Assembly: GCA_030606485.1 (NCBI GenBank)
Contig: JAUWGH010000002.1
Span: 240,001-272,000, forward strand
Source of the DNA: Promethearchaeota archaeon
GTDB lineage: Archaea > Asgardarchaeota > Lokiarchaeia > Sigyniarchaeales > SOKP01
Direction of reading: 5' to 3'
DNA length: 32,000 bases
Positions 16,973-25,256 of this stretch are shown piece by piece. The stretch's first letter is position 1. Every line of letters starts with the position of its first letter. Below the pieces are notes generated by a model, which was not told the origin of the DNA, ran no database searches, and saw nothing but the letters and a program-made list of their open reading frames with translations. Position numbers and translations under genes: made by a program.

Positions 16973-18649
16973 TTATATTTTAATTAACTTAATTTTATCA
17001 GTATTTGGTTTCAATGATTCATAGAAGATTGAGCTATATTTTTTATAAAATTCCTTTTTCTTATCCATAATTTTTTCATAATTTATTGTATTAACTGTGC
17101 CTTTTGACCAATAAAGCGCACCTTTATGATTTAGATTTATCTTTTCACCCTGTTTTACAATAATTCCATTCTTAATCACGGTATCTATATCAGAAAAAGC
17201 TTTCTTAATCTCATCTATTTGAGAAGCTGAGTCTTTTTCTTGTAGATTTATATTTAAAATATTAATATCTGCATCGGCTCCAATACCCAAATTTCCTTTT
17301 ATATCTCCCAAGCCCAAAGATTTAGCTGGACTTGCTCGTGTTATGATTATTAAATCATTAATGGAAAAAATATCTTCAATACTGAAGATTGGATTGTCTT
17401 GTTTAAATTCATTATTCATATTTTCCATGAAAGTATTCCGAGAATTCTTATTTAACAACCATGAAATAATTTCCGGAATGTCAGTTAAATGGGCGTAATT
17501 GGGAAAATTTATTGAAAATTGAAGTTTCCATTTATCTTTTATCCTTAAAGCTAAATTTAAAGCATTTGACCATAGCCTGCAATACTCCGAATTATTCTTT
17601 TTTAGTGTCCTGAAAGTTTCAAAATGATCCCCTTCTGATTCAAATGCACCTTTAATTATAGGTGGCGTTTTAGGAGTTTTTTTCTTATCCAAATATTTAT
17701 TAATTAACCTTCGATCCGATGTAATTAGGGGATTTATAGGATTGAAACTTATAAAACCTAAATCAAGGTCAAAATTATCATTAGAATTGAAAAAATTAAT
17801 CAATTTAGTATCGTCGTTAAAAGAATAAGCAGATGCATGAGCTAAATGGAATATTTGAGAACGTTTAATTTTTGTTTGACTAGATTGACTTGGTTTGAGT
17901 CCTTGGGTTTTAATATCCTCTAATACTTTTATAGCATTTAACTCCCCGATCTCTGATTCATATCCATCAATATGAGCATGGATGGAATGGGGTAATCCAA
18001 TTTGCTCAATTGTTTTAGTCATATTTCTGAAAACGTCCAGTGCATTAAAATTATAAAGTCGACCATTTGTCGTTATATCATCTCTGATTTCTTTAAAATC
18101 CCATTCTTCTGCTTCAAAAGGATTATATACCTTTAATCCAAACCCCTTTACTAAATCCAGTAAGTCAGAGATAAATACAGACATCTTTTCAATGTCGCCC
18201 CTCTGATATTCCAATTCAAGAGGCCATAAATTACTGGCATTAATCAACATTGCTTTATCTAAAATTGGAATTTGGCCAAAATTAAAAATAGTTTGTTTGG
18301 CTAAGGATGGAAATACATTTGCCTCAACAATAAAAGTATACCCCTTTTTAAGATATTCTTTTGTTAAGTAATCCAGTGTAAGCCCATTCCAAAATTGTAG
18401 AAAATCTTTATTTTTTGAGCCCAATAAACGGATATTATTAGTTTGTTGTGAGGCAATATGCGTATGAATATCTATTGCGCCTGGAATGACTGTTTTACCA
18501 TTGGCGTCTATAGATTTTGTATCTTTTGAATTAGTGTGTCTGAATTTTTCTACAATTTTTCCTGATTCAATTAATAAATCCTTCTTTTCACCGGAAATAT
18601 TATTTATCGGATCAAAAACAATTCCATTTTTTATAATTAAATTGGACAT
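16973..18649 (-). CDS. Divergent FwdA/FmdA-like amidohydrolase paralog
   Basis: Colinear with FwdA: IIKNGIVFDP, PGAIDIHTHIA, KGFGLKVYNP, GLPHSIHAH, HLAH, ITRASPAKSLGL, KGNLGIGADADI. The TTDxPN motif reads SINFPN. Confidence 0.9.
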   Translation of the reverse strand: MSNLIIKNGIVFDPINNISGEKKDLLIESGKIVEKFRHTNSKDTKSIDANGKTVIPGAIDIHTHIASQQTNNIRLLGSKNKDFLQFWNGLTLDYLTKEYLKKGYTFIVEANVFPSLAKQTIFNFGQIPILDKAMLINASNLWPLELEYQRGDIEKMSVFISDLLDLVKGFGLKVYNPFEAEEWDFKEIRDDITTNGRLYNFNALDVFRNMTKTIEQIGLPHSIHAHIDGYESEIGELNAIKVLEDIKTQGLKPSQSSQTKIKRSQIFHLAHASAYSFNDDTKLINFFNSNDNFDLDLGFISFNPINPLITSDRRLINKYLDKKKTPKTPPIIKGAFESEGDHFETFRTLKKNNSEYCRLWSNALNLALRIKDKWKLQFSINFPNYAHLTDIPEIISWLLNKNSRNTFMENMNNEFKQDNPIFSIEDIFSINDLIIITRASPAKSLGLGDIKGNLGIGADADINILNINLQEKDSASQIDEIKKAFSDIDTVIKNGIIVKQGEKINLNHKGALYWSKGTVNTINYEKIMDKKKEFYKKYSSIFYESLKPNTDKIKLIKI

Positions 18650-18665
18650 TATTTTAATTCCTCTC

Positions 18666-19040
18666 TTATAAATTTTTTATTTTCTCTAATAGATTAGAGA
18701 TTTCTGGAACATCCTTTTCCGTTGGCTCAACTTCAACCTCTAAATTTTTAAAAAGAATTTTATTTTTAAAATCCCCAGTGATTTGATTAGCCCAAATTGA
18801 TTTATTAACGTAAATCATTTCTAAGGGAATAGATTCATCCCAAACAGGCTTTAAAACAACTGAACCATAACTGGTTGTTAATTTTAAATTTACTCCAGAT
18901 TTTGACACAATTTTATTATATGTTTCTGGATGAATTAAGCAAATGGCTATATTATCTTTGAGCTCTTTCTCAGATAATTCATTAATAAGGGTTTTTTGAT
19001 CATATTTTAACTCGCGTATTGTACTTAACAGTAATTTCAT
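18666..19040 (-). CDS. Divergent FwdD-like molybdopterin-dinucleotide-binding domain protein
   Basis: Aligns by eye with the fwdD product in this window (AIC, TTxYG, WAN, EVE), but TGRxIxQG and GMPxxKG are lost. Lies between fwdB' and fwdA'. Confidence 0.75.
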   Translation of the reverse strand: MKLLLSTIRELKYDQKTLINELSEKELKDNIAICLIHPETYNKIVSKSGVNLKLTTSYGSVVLKPVWDESIPLEMIYVNKSIWANQITGDFKNKILFKNLEVEVEPTEKDVPEISNLLEKIKNL

Positions 19041-19042
19041 CT

Positions 19043-20377
19043 TTATTCCTCCATTTTTTGTATTATTTTCAGCAAAATCTGCTCATCAGAAGGCAGATTA
19101 GCTGGTGGATCGATTATTTTTTGCAAATTCATAGGAATATTATCCATTCTATACACAAGTCCATCAGTTTCTATTCCTGTAATAGCCACGGGCAATATAA
19201 CATCAGCTAATTTTGTTGTAGGGGTAATAAAGCAATCAATTGCAATTATGGGTTTTCTTGTTAATTTGGAACTTAGGGTTATCGGTAAATTAGATATTGG
19301 ATCCGAAGCAACGATAATGGACATATCAAATTCGTCATCCTTTATTTTAGAAATTAAGTCTTTATTTGATTCGATAAGTTGGTTATCAGAAAATTCTATT
19401 TGTCCCATTTTACCCAATAAAGATAAAGAAACTTGGATAAAACCATTCATATTATGCCCGGTCATAGGAATAATTGAAAAACGACTTCTCTTAGAAGTTT
19501 CATTAATCAAATCAACCAATTCAATTAAAGCCTTTATAACATTTTCATTAGGATTGGAATTAATTACTCCTTGTCCAAAAAGGATTACACCATTTTCTGA
19601 ACCTTTCAAATTTAGGATAAAACGATTTAAATCTTGCTTATCAACACCAACAAAACCATCAGCTGGTACTTCAGATTTTTCCTTTAAAATCATATCTTTT
19701 AAAAATTGAATTAGCTCCAAATCTTTGCCAGGTTTTAAAGGAATATATAAATCTCGAACACCTGCAACTCCATAAGTCGCGGTTTTTCGAGGATCAACCA
19801 AAATTAACGTTTTTATTTCTCTTCCTGTTATTCTAAATTTACCTCTTGAAAAAATTGTTTTTGTTAAAAACTTTGGGTGGGACTCCTCAGCGTTAGAACC
19901 CCAAAAAATAAACACATCAGCTTTATTAATACATTCATTTAATGTAGTAGAATTGAATCCACTCTCAATAACATTCAAATAAGTTTGACCATGACAAATT
20001 GATGCATTAGACTCAATGAATCCATTTATTTTCTTGGCAAGATGTATTCCATTTATTTGTGCTTCACAAGTTGTATTAATAAAACCATATAGGAGGGGTT
20101 TTTGGGAAGAGTTAATAAGTTCTTTAACTTTATTTAGTGCCTCATCTAAGGATACTTCTTTTAACACACCATTCTTGCGAATTAATGGATTTTTAATACG
20201 ATTTTTGGAATTAATTTCATTTATTTTTTTATAACCTTTCAAACATAAACCATAAGTATCTAAAATTTCATTATTTTTGGAAAATACGATTTGATTATCA
20301 TCACAATATAATGAACATCCAGGACATACAAATCTCTGGATTCTTTCTTGATTATTTGTTCTCTGGGTCATTAGCAT
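19043..20377 (-). CDS. Divergent FwdB-like molybdopterin oxidoreductase paralog
   Basis: VCPGCSLYCDD...CLKG, ASICHG, FWGSNAEESHP, VDPRKTAT, IVASDP, TPTTKLADVILP, VYRMD; colinear with the fwdB product at 13191. Confidence 0.9.
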   Translation of the reverse strand: MLMTQRTNNQERIQRFVCPGCSLYCDDNQIVFSKNNEILDTYGLCLKGYKKINEINSKNRIKNPLIRKNGVLKEVSLDEALNKVKELINSSQKPLLYGFINTTCEAQINGIHLAKKINGFIESNASICHGQTYLNVIESGFNSTTLNECINKADVFIFWGSNAEESHPKFLTKTIFSRGKFRITGREIKTLILVDPRKTATYGVAGVRDLYIPLKPGKDLELIQFLKDMILKEKSEVPADGFVGVDKQDLNRFILNLKGSENGVILFGQGVINSNPNENVIKALIELVDLINETSKRSRFSIIPMTGHNMNGFIQVSLSLLGKMGQIEFSDNQLIESNKDLISKIKDDEFDMSIIVASDPISNLPITLSSKLTRKPIIAIDCFITPTTKLADVILPVAITGIETDGLVYRMDNIPMNLQKIIDPPANLPSDEQILLKIIQKMEE

Positions 20378-20421
20378 TACTCCATTAATTTAAATTATTA
20401 TAATTATTTAATTTGAAGAGG

Positions 20422-20925
20422 TTATTTGGCTGTATAATACTTAATTTCTATTGCATCCCGTGGGCAATACACTTCACATACCCGGCATTCACGCTCTCGT
20501 CCTTCTGCTTCTAACCTTCTACAATATTCCAAATTTAAAAGTTCGGATTTTCCGTTTTTTATTTGAAATAATTGATATTCATTAGGAGGGAAATCTGGTA
20601 ATTTTCCACTTAAAGAATTAGGACAATATCGAGCATTAACAGGACAAATGATCACACATACGCCGCACCCATCACATTTTTCAGTATCAATATCAATATG
20701 TAAGTCTTTTCCCCCCACTCCTACCCCTTCAAATAACTCATTTAATTTATCTAAACTTTGTTTATACTTAGGTTTGAGAAGTGGAGGACAATCTTTTGGC
20801 TGTTTCTCACCCTTAACCAATGCTAAGGCAAACGCCATACATGTAGGCAAATCACATTCCTTACAATTAGTTTTCGGCAATAATTTGTAAATATCCATAA
20901 AGTTTAGTTGCGACATTCTTTCCAT
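20422..20925 (-). CDS. FeS-domain (AcsC/RnfB N-terminal type) fused to a FwdG-like ferredoxin
   Basis: IYKLLPKTNCKECDLPTCMAFA...DCPPL, then CDGCGVCVIICPVNA and C-x11-CRVCEVYCP. Start may be ATG 20916. Confidence 0.8.
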   Translation of the reverse strand: MERMSQLNFMDIYKLLPKTNCKECDLPTCMAFALALVKGEKQPKDCPPLLKPKYKQSLDKLNELFEGVGVGGKDLHIDIDTEKCDGCGVCVIICPVNARYCPNSLSGKLPDFPPNEYQLFQIKNGKSELLNLEYCRRLEAEGRERECRVCEVYCPRDAIEIKYYTAK

Positions 20926-21077
20926 TTAATAAAAACGTTTTTTAAGATTAAAAATCTTGGAAAATATTTTATAAATTGATTTATTATTCTTTTAAATAAA
21001 ATAAAGAATTTAATAGATTAATTTTTTATAATATCCTTAGTAAATTTTTTAAATTAAAATTTATAAGTTGAAATTCT

Positions 21078-21965
21078 ATGACTAAGAAGAAAAAAGAAAA
21101 AAAAGAAGAAAAGAAAAAAGAGAAGAAAGAGAAAAAAGAAAAAAAAGAAGAAAAGGTTGAAACCAAAAAATCTTCAGATAAGGTTTACAAGCGTATTGAA
21201 GTCGACTTTTGGAGAACTTCTGCTCATATGAGCGAGTTAGGACTCCATAAAAGTTTAAAATATTCGGCTAAATCTAGATATTTTACAAAACAATTTGAAA
21301 TCGAAGGAGATATTACTATTGATGGAGATTCAGATAAAAGACAAGTAATTGCATATAATGAGAAGTCTTGGAAAGAAAAAAATTTAGCAGACCGTGATTT
21401 AAAGATAAGAACATTTACCCCTATTAAAGATGATAAAGGTGGAAATTTTACAGGCGGAATTGAATTAAGTACAACAGAATCCTTGATCCAATCATATCAC
21501 ATAAAAGGTGATCCAGGCGTTATTTTAATTGTTAATTTACCTCAGAATAAAAATTTATATAGAATTATAAGATCGAGACGATTAAAAGGATGGAAATTTG
21601 CTTTCCCTTTACTACCAGAGAAAGATAATGAATCATTAAGGGTTTTTGAAATTAAAGGGAAAGTTGGGCTCGGTCTTGATTTCGAAGTCACTGAAAAAGA
21701 AAGAAAGATCGTTGACATTGATGGAAAAAAGCTTAATCTTGGCGGGAAATGGGAGATTGAAATTTTTGATGAAGAATTAAGCAAAAATAAAACTTTCACT
21801 AAAATTCTCACTTTATTTGCATGTGCTTGCAAATTTTTAGAGGTTTCTGAAAAAACAGTAAAAGAACTTTTTAAAAAATTTGATGACCCTAAATCTGATT
21901 TTAAATTCAGCCCAGATAAAGAAGAACTCGACCTCTTTAAGAATCCCAGAAGACTTAAAGCATAA
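21078..21965 (+). CDS. Hypothetical protein with Lys/Glu-rich N-terminus and probable Tubby-C/LURP-one/scramblase-like beta-barrel
   Basis: The C-terminal pattern FEIKGKVGLGLDFEV...IVDIDGKKLNLGGKWEIEI followed by a hydrophobic helix (ILTLFACAC) resembles LURP-one family sequences; recognised by eye only. Confidence 0.5.
   Translation: MTKKKKEKKEEKKKEKKEKKEKKEEKVETKKSSDKVYKRIEVDFWRTSAHMSELGLHKSLKYSAKSRYFTKQFEIEGDITIDGDSDKRQVIAYNEKSWKEKNLADRDLKIRTFTPIKDDKGGNFTGGIELSTTESLIQSYHIKGDPGVILIVNLPQNKNLYRIIRSRRLKGWKFAFPLLPEKDNESLRVFEIKGKVGLGLDFEVTEKERKIVDIDGKKLNLGGKWEIEIFDEELSKNKTFTKILTLFACACKFLEVSEKTVKELFKKFDDPKSDFKFSPDKEELDLFKNPRRLKA
21084..21156 (+). repeat. 73-nt purine-only (A/G) low-complexity tract encoding KKE repeats
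   Basis: No pyrimidine from 21084 to 21156; recurring GAAAAAAAAGAAGAAAAG units. Confidence 0.85.
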
Positions 21966-22084
21966 ATAACCCAAATTCCATTTTTTTTTCTATTTTTTAA
22001 AAAATGTGTTTAATTAATTAATGCTAATTAAATTATACTCATCTCAAAAATTTTTAAAAAATTAAGTGATTAAGAGGAAATTCT

Positions 22085-23869
22085 ATGGTAAAAACAATGA
22101 CTCCTAGAGAAGTGGAATTTTTAAATCGATTTATGCAAAAAATGACACAAGTGCATCAAAATCCTAATCAAAGTATTGGCATTTGCATTGAACAATTAGC
22201 GAAGGATAAACCGAGAGATATAGCCTTATATTTTCAAAATGATTCTTGGACTTGGCAAAATTTCAATACGGAAAGCAATAAAATCGCTAATTATTTTCTA
22301 AATTTAGGGCTAAAACACTACGATACTGTTGCAATAATGTTGGAAAATTCTCCTGAATATTTATTCCTTGCGACTGGGATAAATAAAATTCAAGGAATTA
22401 CTGCATTAATTAACATTCATCAAAAAAGGCAAGCCTTAACTCATGCATTAAATATTGTGGAACCTAAGTGGATTGTTGTTGATGGAGATAGTTTACCATC
22501 CTTAAACGAGATTGTGGAAATTCTCCCATACAAGAATGAACAAATTTTTGTTGTTAATAATCCTAAAAATATTCATCATGATTTCATAGAATTACCAAAC
22601 GAACTTAAACATATATCAAAAACTAATCCTAACACCACGCATAATTCAGTAGTAAGGGAGACTGTATATTATATGTTTACCTCAGGCACAACTGGACTCC
22701 CAAAAGCAGTGATTATACAAGGCTTTAAATTATATACTCAAGGATATATATTAGGTATTGCTTTAGCTCAAGTAGATTTTCGTGACATCGTCTATATCGC
22801 AATGCCTTTATATCATAATGTTCCAATAGGAATCGCATGGATGACTGCGATTCTTGCAGGTGCAGCAACGGTATTAAGAAAACGATTTTCCGCATCTGAA
22901 TTCTGGAAAGATATTCAAAAATATCAAGTGACTTTTACAACATATGTAGGAGAAATGCCTCGATACCTTCTCAATCAACCGTCTTCTGAATATGAAATGA
23001 TTCAAAAACAAAAAAAAACACTTAAAAAAATGCTGGGACTAGGACTTCGAAAGGAAATTTGGGAACAATTTCAGTCTCGTTTCCAAATTGAGCATATTTA
23101 TGAATTCTATGGTTTAACTGAGGGTCATCGATCATTATACAATGTGGAGGAAGTTCCTGGAATGATTGGGCGAAATAATCAAGGAGGGGTTGAATTAGCG
23201 AAAGTTGACCCAGAAACAGGCGAATTCTATAAAAATAAAAGTGGTTTTTGTGTAAAATGCAAACCCGGAGATATTGGAATGGCTCTTATTAAAATAGATA
23301 AAAAAACATTTTTTACAGGATACAAAGATAGAGAAAAAACTCAAAAGAAAATAATACATAACGTTTTTAAAAAGAATGACAAGTATTTCAATACAAGTGA
23401 TATGTTAAAGCTCCATGAAGATCTCTGGGTGTCTTTCGCTGATAGATTTGGAGACACATTTCGATGGAAAGGGGAAAATGTTTCCACTTTAGAGGTTGAA
23501 GCAATTTTAAACTCCTATAAAGCAATACATATGTCTGCTGTTTATGGTGTGGGAATTCCCAATACGGAAGGGAGGACGGGCATGGCAGCTATCAAATTAA
23601 ATCCATCAATTAAATTTGAAATTGATGATTTTTCTAGATTTGTTATCGAAGTATTACCAGGTTATTCTATCCCCAAGTTTTTTAGGTTATGTGATGAACT
23701 TGAGACTACTGGACCAGAAAAAATGAAAAAAATAGATCTTAGAAAAGAAGCATATAATATTGAAACAATTAAAGAGCCACTTTTTTTCTGGGATTCAAAG
23801 AAGAAGCAATATATGACACTCGACAATTCGGCATATCAAAAAATAAAGGAAGGAAAAACAAGATTTTAG
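22085..23869 (+). CDS. Long-chain acyl-CoA synthetase, FATP/SLC27-like
   Basis: YMFTSGTTGLPKA, YEFYGLTEG, DRFGDTFRWKGENVSTLEVE, EGRTGMAAI. Confidence 0.93.
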   Translation: MVKTMTPREVEFLNRFMQKMTQVHQNPNQSIGICIEQLAKDKPRDIALYFQNDSWTWQNFNTESNKIANYFLNLGLKHYDTVAIMLENSPEYLFLATGINKIQGITALINIHQKRQALTHALNIVEPKWIVVDGDSLPSLNEIVEILPYKNEQIFVVNNPKNIHHDFIELPNELKHISKTNPNTTHNSVVRETVYYMFTSGTTGLPKAVIIQGFKLYTQGYILGIALAQVDFRDIVYIAMPLYHNVPIGIAWMTAILAGAATVLRKRFSASEFWKDIQKYQVTFTTYVGEMPRYLLNQPSSEYEMIQKQKKTLKKMLGLGLRKEIWEQFQSRFQIEHIYEFYGLTEGHRSLYNVEEVPGMIGRNNQGGVELAKVDPETGEFYKNKSGFCVKCKPGDIGMALIKIDKKTFFTGYKDREKTQKKIIHNVFKKNDKYFNTSDMLKLHEDLWVSFADRFGDTFRWKGENVSTLEVEAILNSYKAIHMSAVYGVGIPNTEGRTGMAAIKLNPSIKFEIDDFSRFVIEVLPGYSIPKFFRLCDELETTGPEKMKKIDLRKEAYNIETIKEPLFFWDSKKKQYMTLDNSAYQKIKEGKTRF

Positions 23870-23930
23870 AATTCGATTTTTCAATCAATAGCATATAATA
23901 TAATCAGATAAGAAGAGACATATATAAATT

Positions 23931-24725
23931 TCAAAAAAATTCTAAAATAGAACTAAAGGAATTAATGATCTTATAAGGTTTTATTAACATTTCTGAGGGT
24001 GTTATAAATTGGCCTTTCCCAGTTTTTACTAACACACCTTTAATACCGGCGTTGTTTGCTCCTTGGATATCAGATTCAAGATCATCACCAATAACAATAG
24101 TTTCATTTGCAGCAAGATTAATTTTTTTTAAAGCATTACTGAAATAATCTGCTGATGGTTTCCCAAATATCCTTGGAGTTACATTAGCTGCACTAGCTAG
24201 CATTTGTACGAAAGAACCTGTATCAATAACTGGCTCACCATTACGATCAAGATAATATCGATTTCCCTGCGTTCCCAGAAGTTTTGCACCCTTTAATATA
24301 TATTTAAATGCTTTATTGAGTCGGCTAACGTTCCAATCATCATGAAAATCGCTTATGATAACAAAATCAGCTTTTTCAGACCCTTTAACTTGAGCAATAT
24401 CATGAAATTCCATTTTAACCTCTCTAGTAGTTACCAAATAGGATTTTTTATTGGGATAATTTGATAAAAATTCTTTTAAAGCAATAATTGGAGTAAAAAC
24501 TTCTTCATCTTTAATATTAAAACCATATTCTTGAAGGGTTCTTATTACTGTTCGTGGTGATTTACTGTCTGTATTCGTTAAAAAAATAAGTTTAATACCA
24601 ACATCACGAAGTCTGGAAACAGTTTCTATTGCTCCTGGAATTGGAACCCCTTTAAAATAGAGTGTTCCATCTATATCTGTTAATATTCCTTTGACAAAAT
24701 CAAATTCCTTATTGTTTTTTTTCAT
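23931..24725 (-). CDS. HAD-superfamily class IIA hydrolase (LHPP/TIGR01458-like)
   Basis: DIDGTLY, FLTNTD, GKPS, IGDDLESDIQGA, LVKTGK. Confidence 0.92.
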   Translation of the reverse strand: MKKNNKEFDFVKGILTDIDGTLYFKGVPIPGAIETVSRLRDVGIKLIFLTNTDSKSPRTVIRTLQEYGFNIKDEEVFTPIIALKEFLSNYPNKKSYLVTTREVKMEFHDIAQVKGSEKADFVIISDFHDDWNVSRLNKAFKYILKGAKLLGTQGNRYYLDRNGEPVIDTGSFVQMLASAANVTPRIFGKPSADYFSNALKKINLAANETIVIGDDLESDIQGANNAGIKGVLVKTGKGQFITPSEMLIKPYKIINSFSSILEFF

Positions 24726-24861
24726 AATAAGTCAATAATTATTATATTAATTTAGCTTAATTTCTGATATGATTAATTTTAAATAAGAAACAGAAATAAA
24801 AAAAAGAGAATGAAATTTTATATTTTTATATTATATTTATTTCGACTTCAGTAGTTTTATT

Positions 24862-25254
24862 TTAAGAACTTTCAGAGGTTTCATATCCTTTTATTATAAT
24901 CATCACTCCACTTCCAATTGCCCCACCTAATGCACCAAACAAAGTTCCAACCAGTAAAACAATAATAAAAATTAACCAGCCAAACCCAGGTCCAATAAGA
25001 AGCGCTCCAAATTGATCCATTAATGTGTAAGCATTAATTGTTATCATACCGTAGATCATGATTATTAGCCAACAAACACATACTCCCGCTGCACCGCTTA
25101 AAGTTCCTTTCTTCATTGTTCGATTCAATAATCCAGCTAATATTCCAGCAATAAGAACCAAGTGCCACAACGGAATCAAACTTAAGATTCCAGCAAGAAC
25201 TGCACCAACTAAGATACTTAATAAAAAATATTTCTCTTTTTCAATTACTTCCAT
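24862..25254 (-). CDS. Small Gly-rich integral membrane protein
   Basis: About four hydrophobic segments with GxxxG patterns; starts 3 nt after the acylase stop. Confidence 0.7.
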   Translation of the reverse strand: MEVIEKEKYFLLSILVGAVLAGILSLIPLWHLVLIAGILAGLLNRTMKKGTLSGAAGVCVCWLIIMIYGMITINAYTLMDQFGALLIGPGFGWLIFIIVLLVGTLFGALGGAIGSGVMIIIKGYETSESS

Positions 25255-25256
25255 AT

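Noticed and set aside
16973-20377. Second cluster as the methylotroph-type Fhc complex
   Set aside because: FhcB (as recalled) lacks the Fe-S and metal ligands while FhcA stays catalytic. The pattern here is the reverse, and no ftr/fhcD or fhcC gene is adjacent.
16973-20925. Second fwd cluster as pseudogenes
   Set aside because: No frameshifts or internal stops, lengths match canonical subunits, spacing and RBSs are operon-like, and structural motifs are selectively kept.
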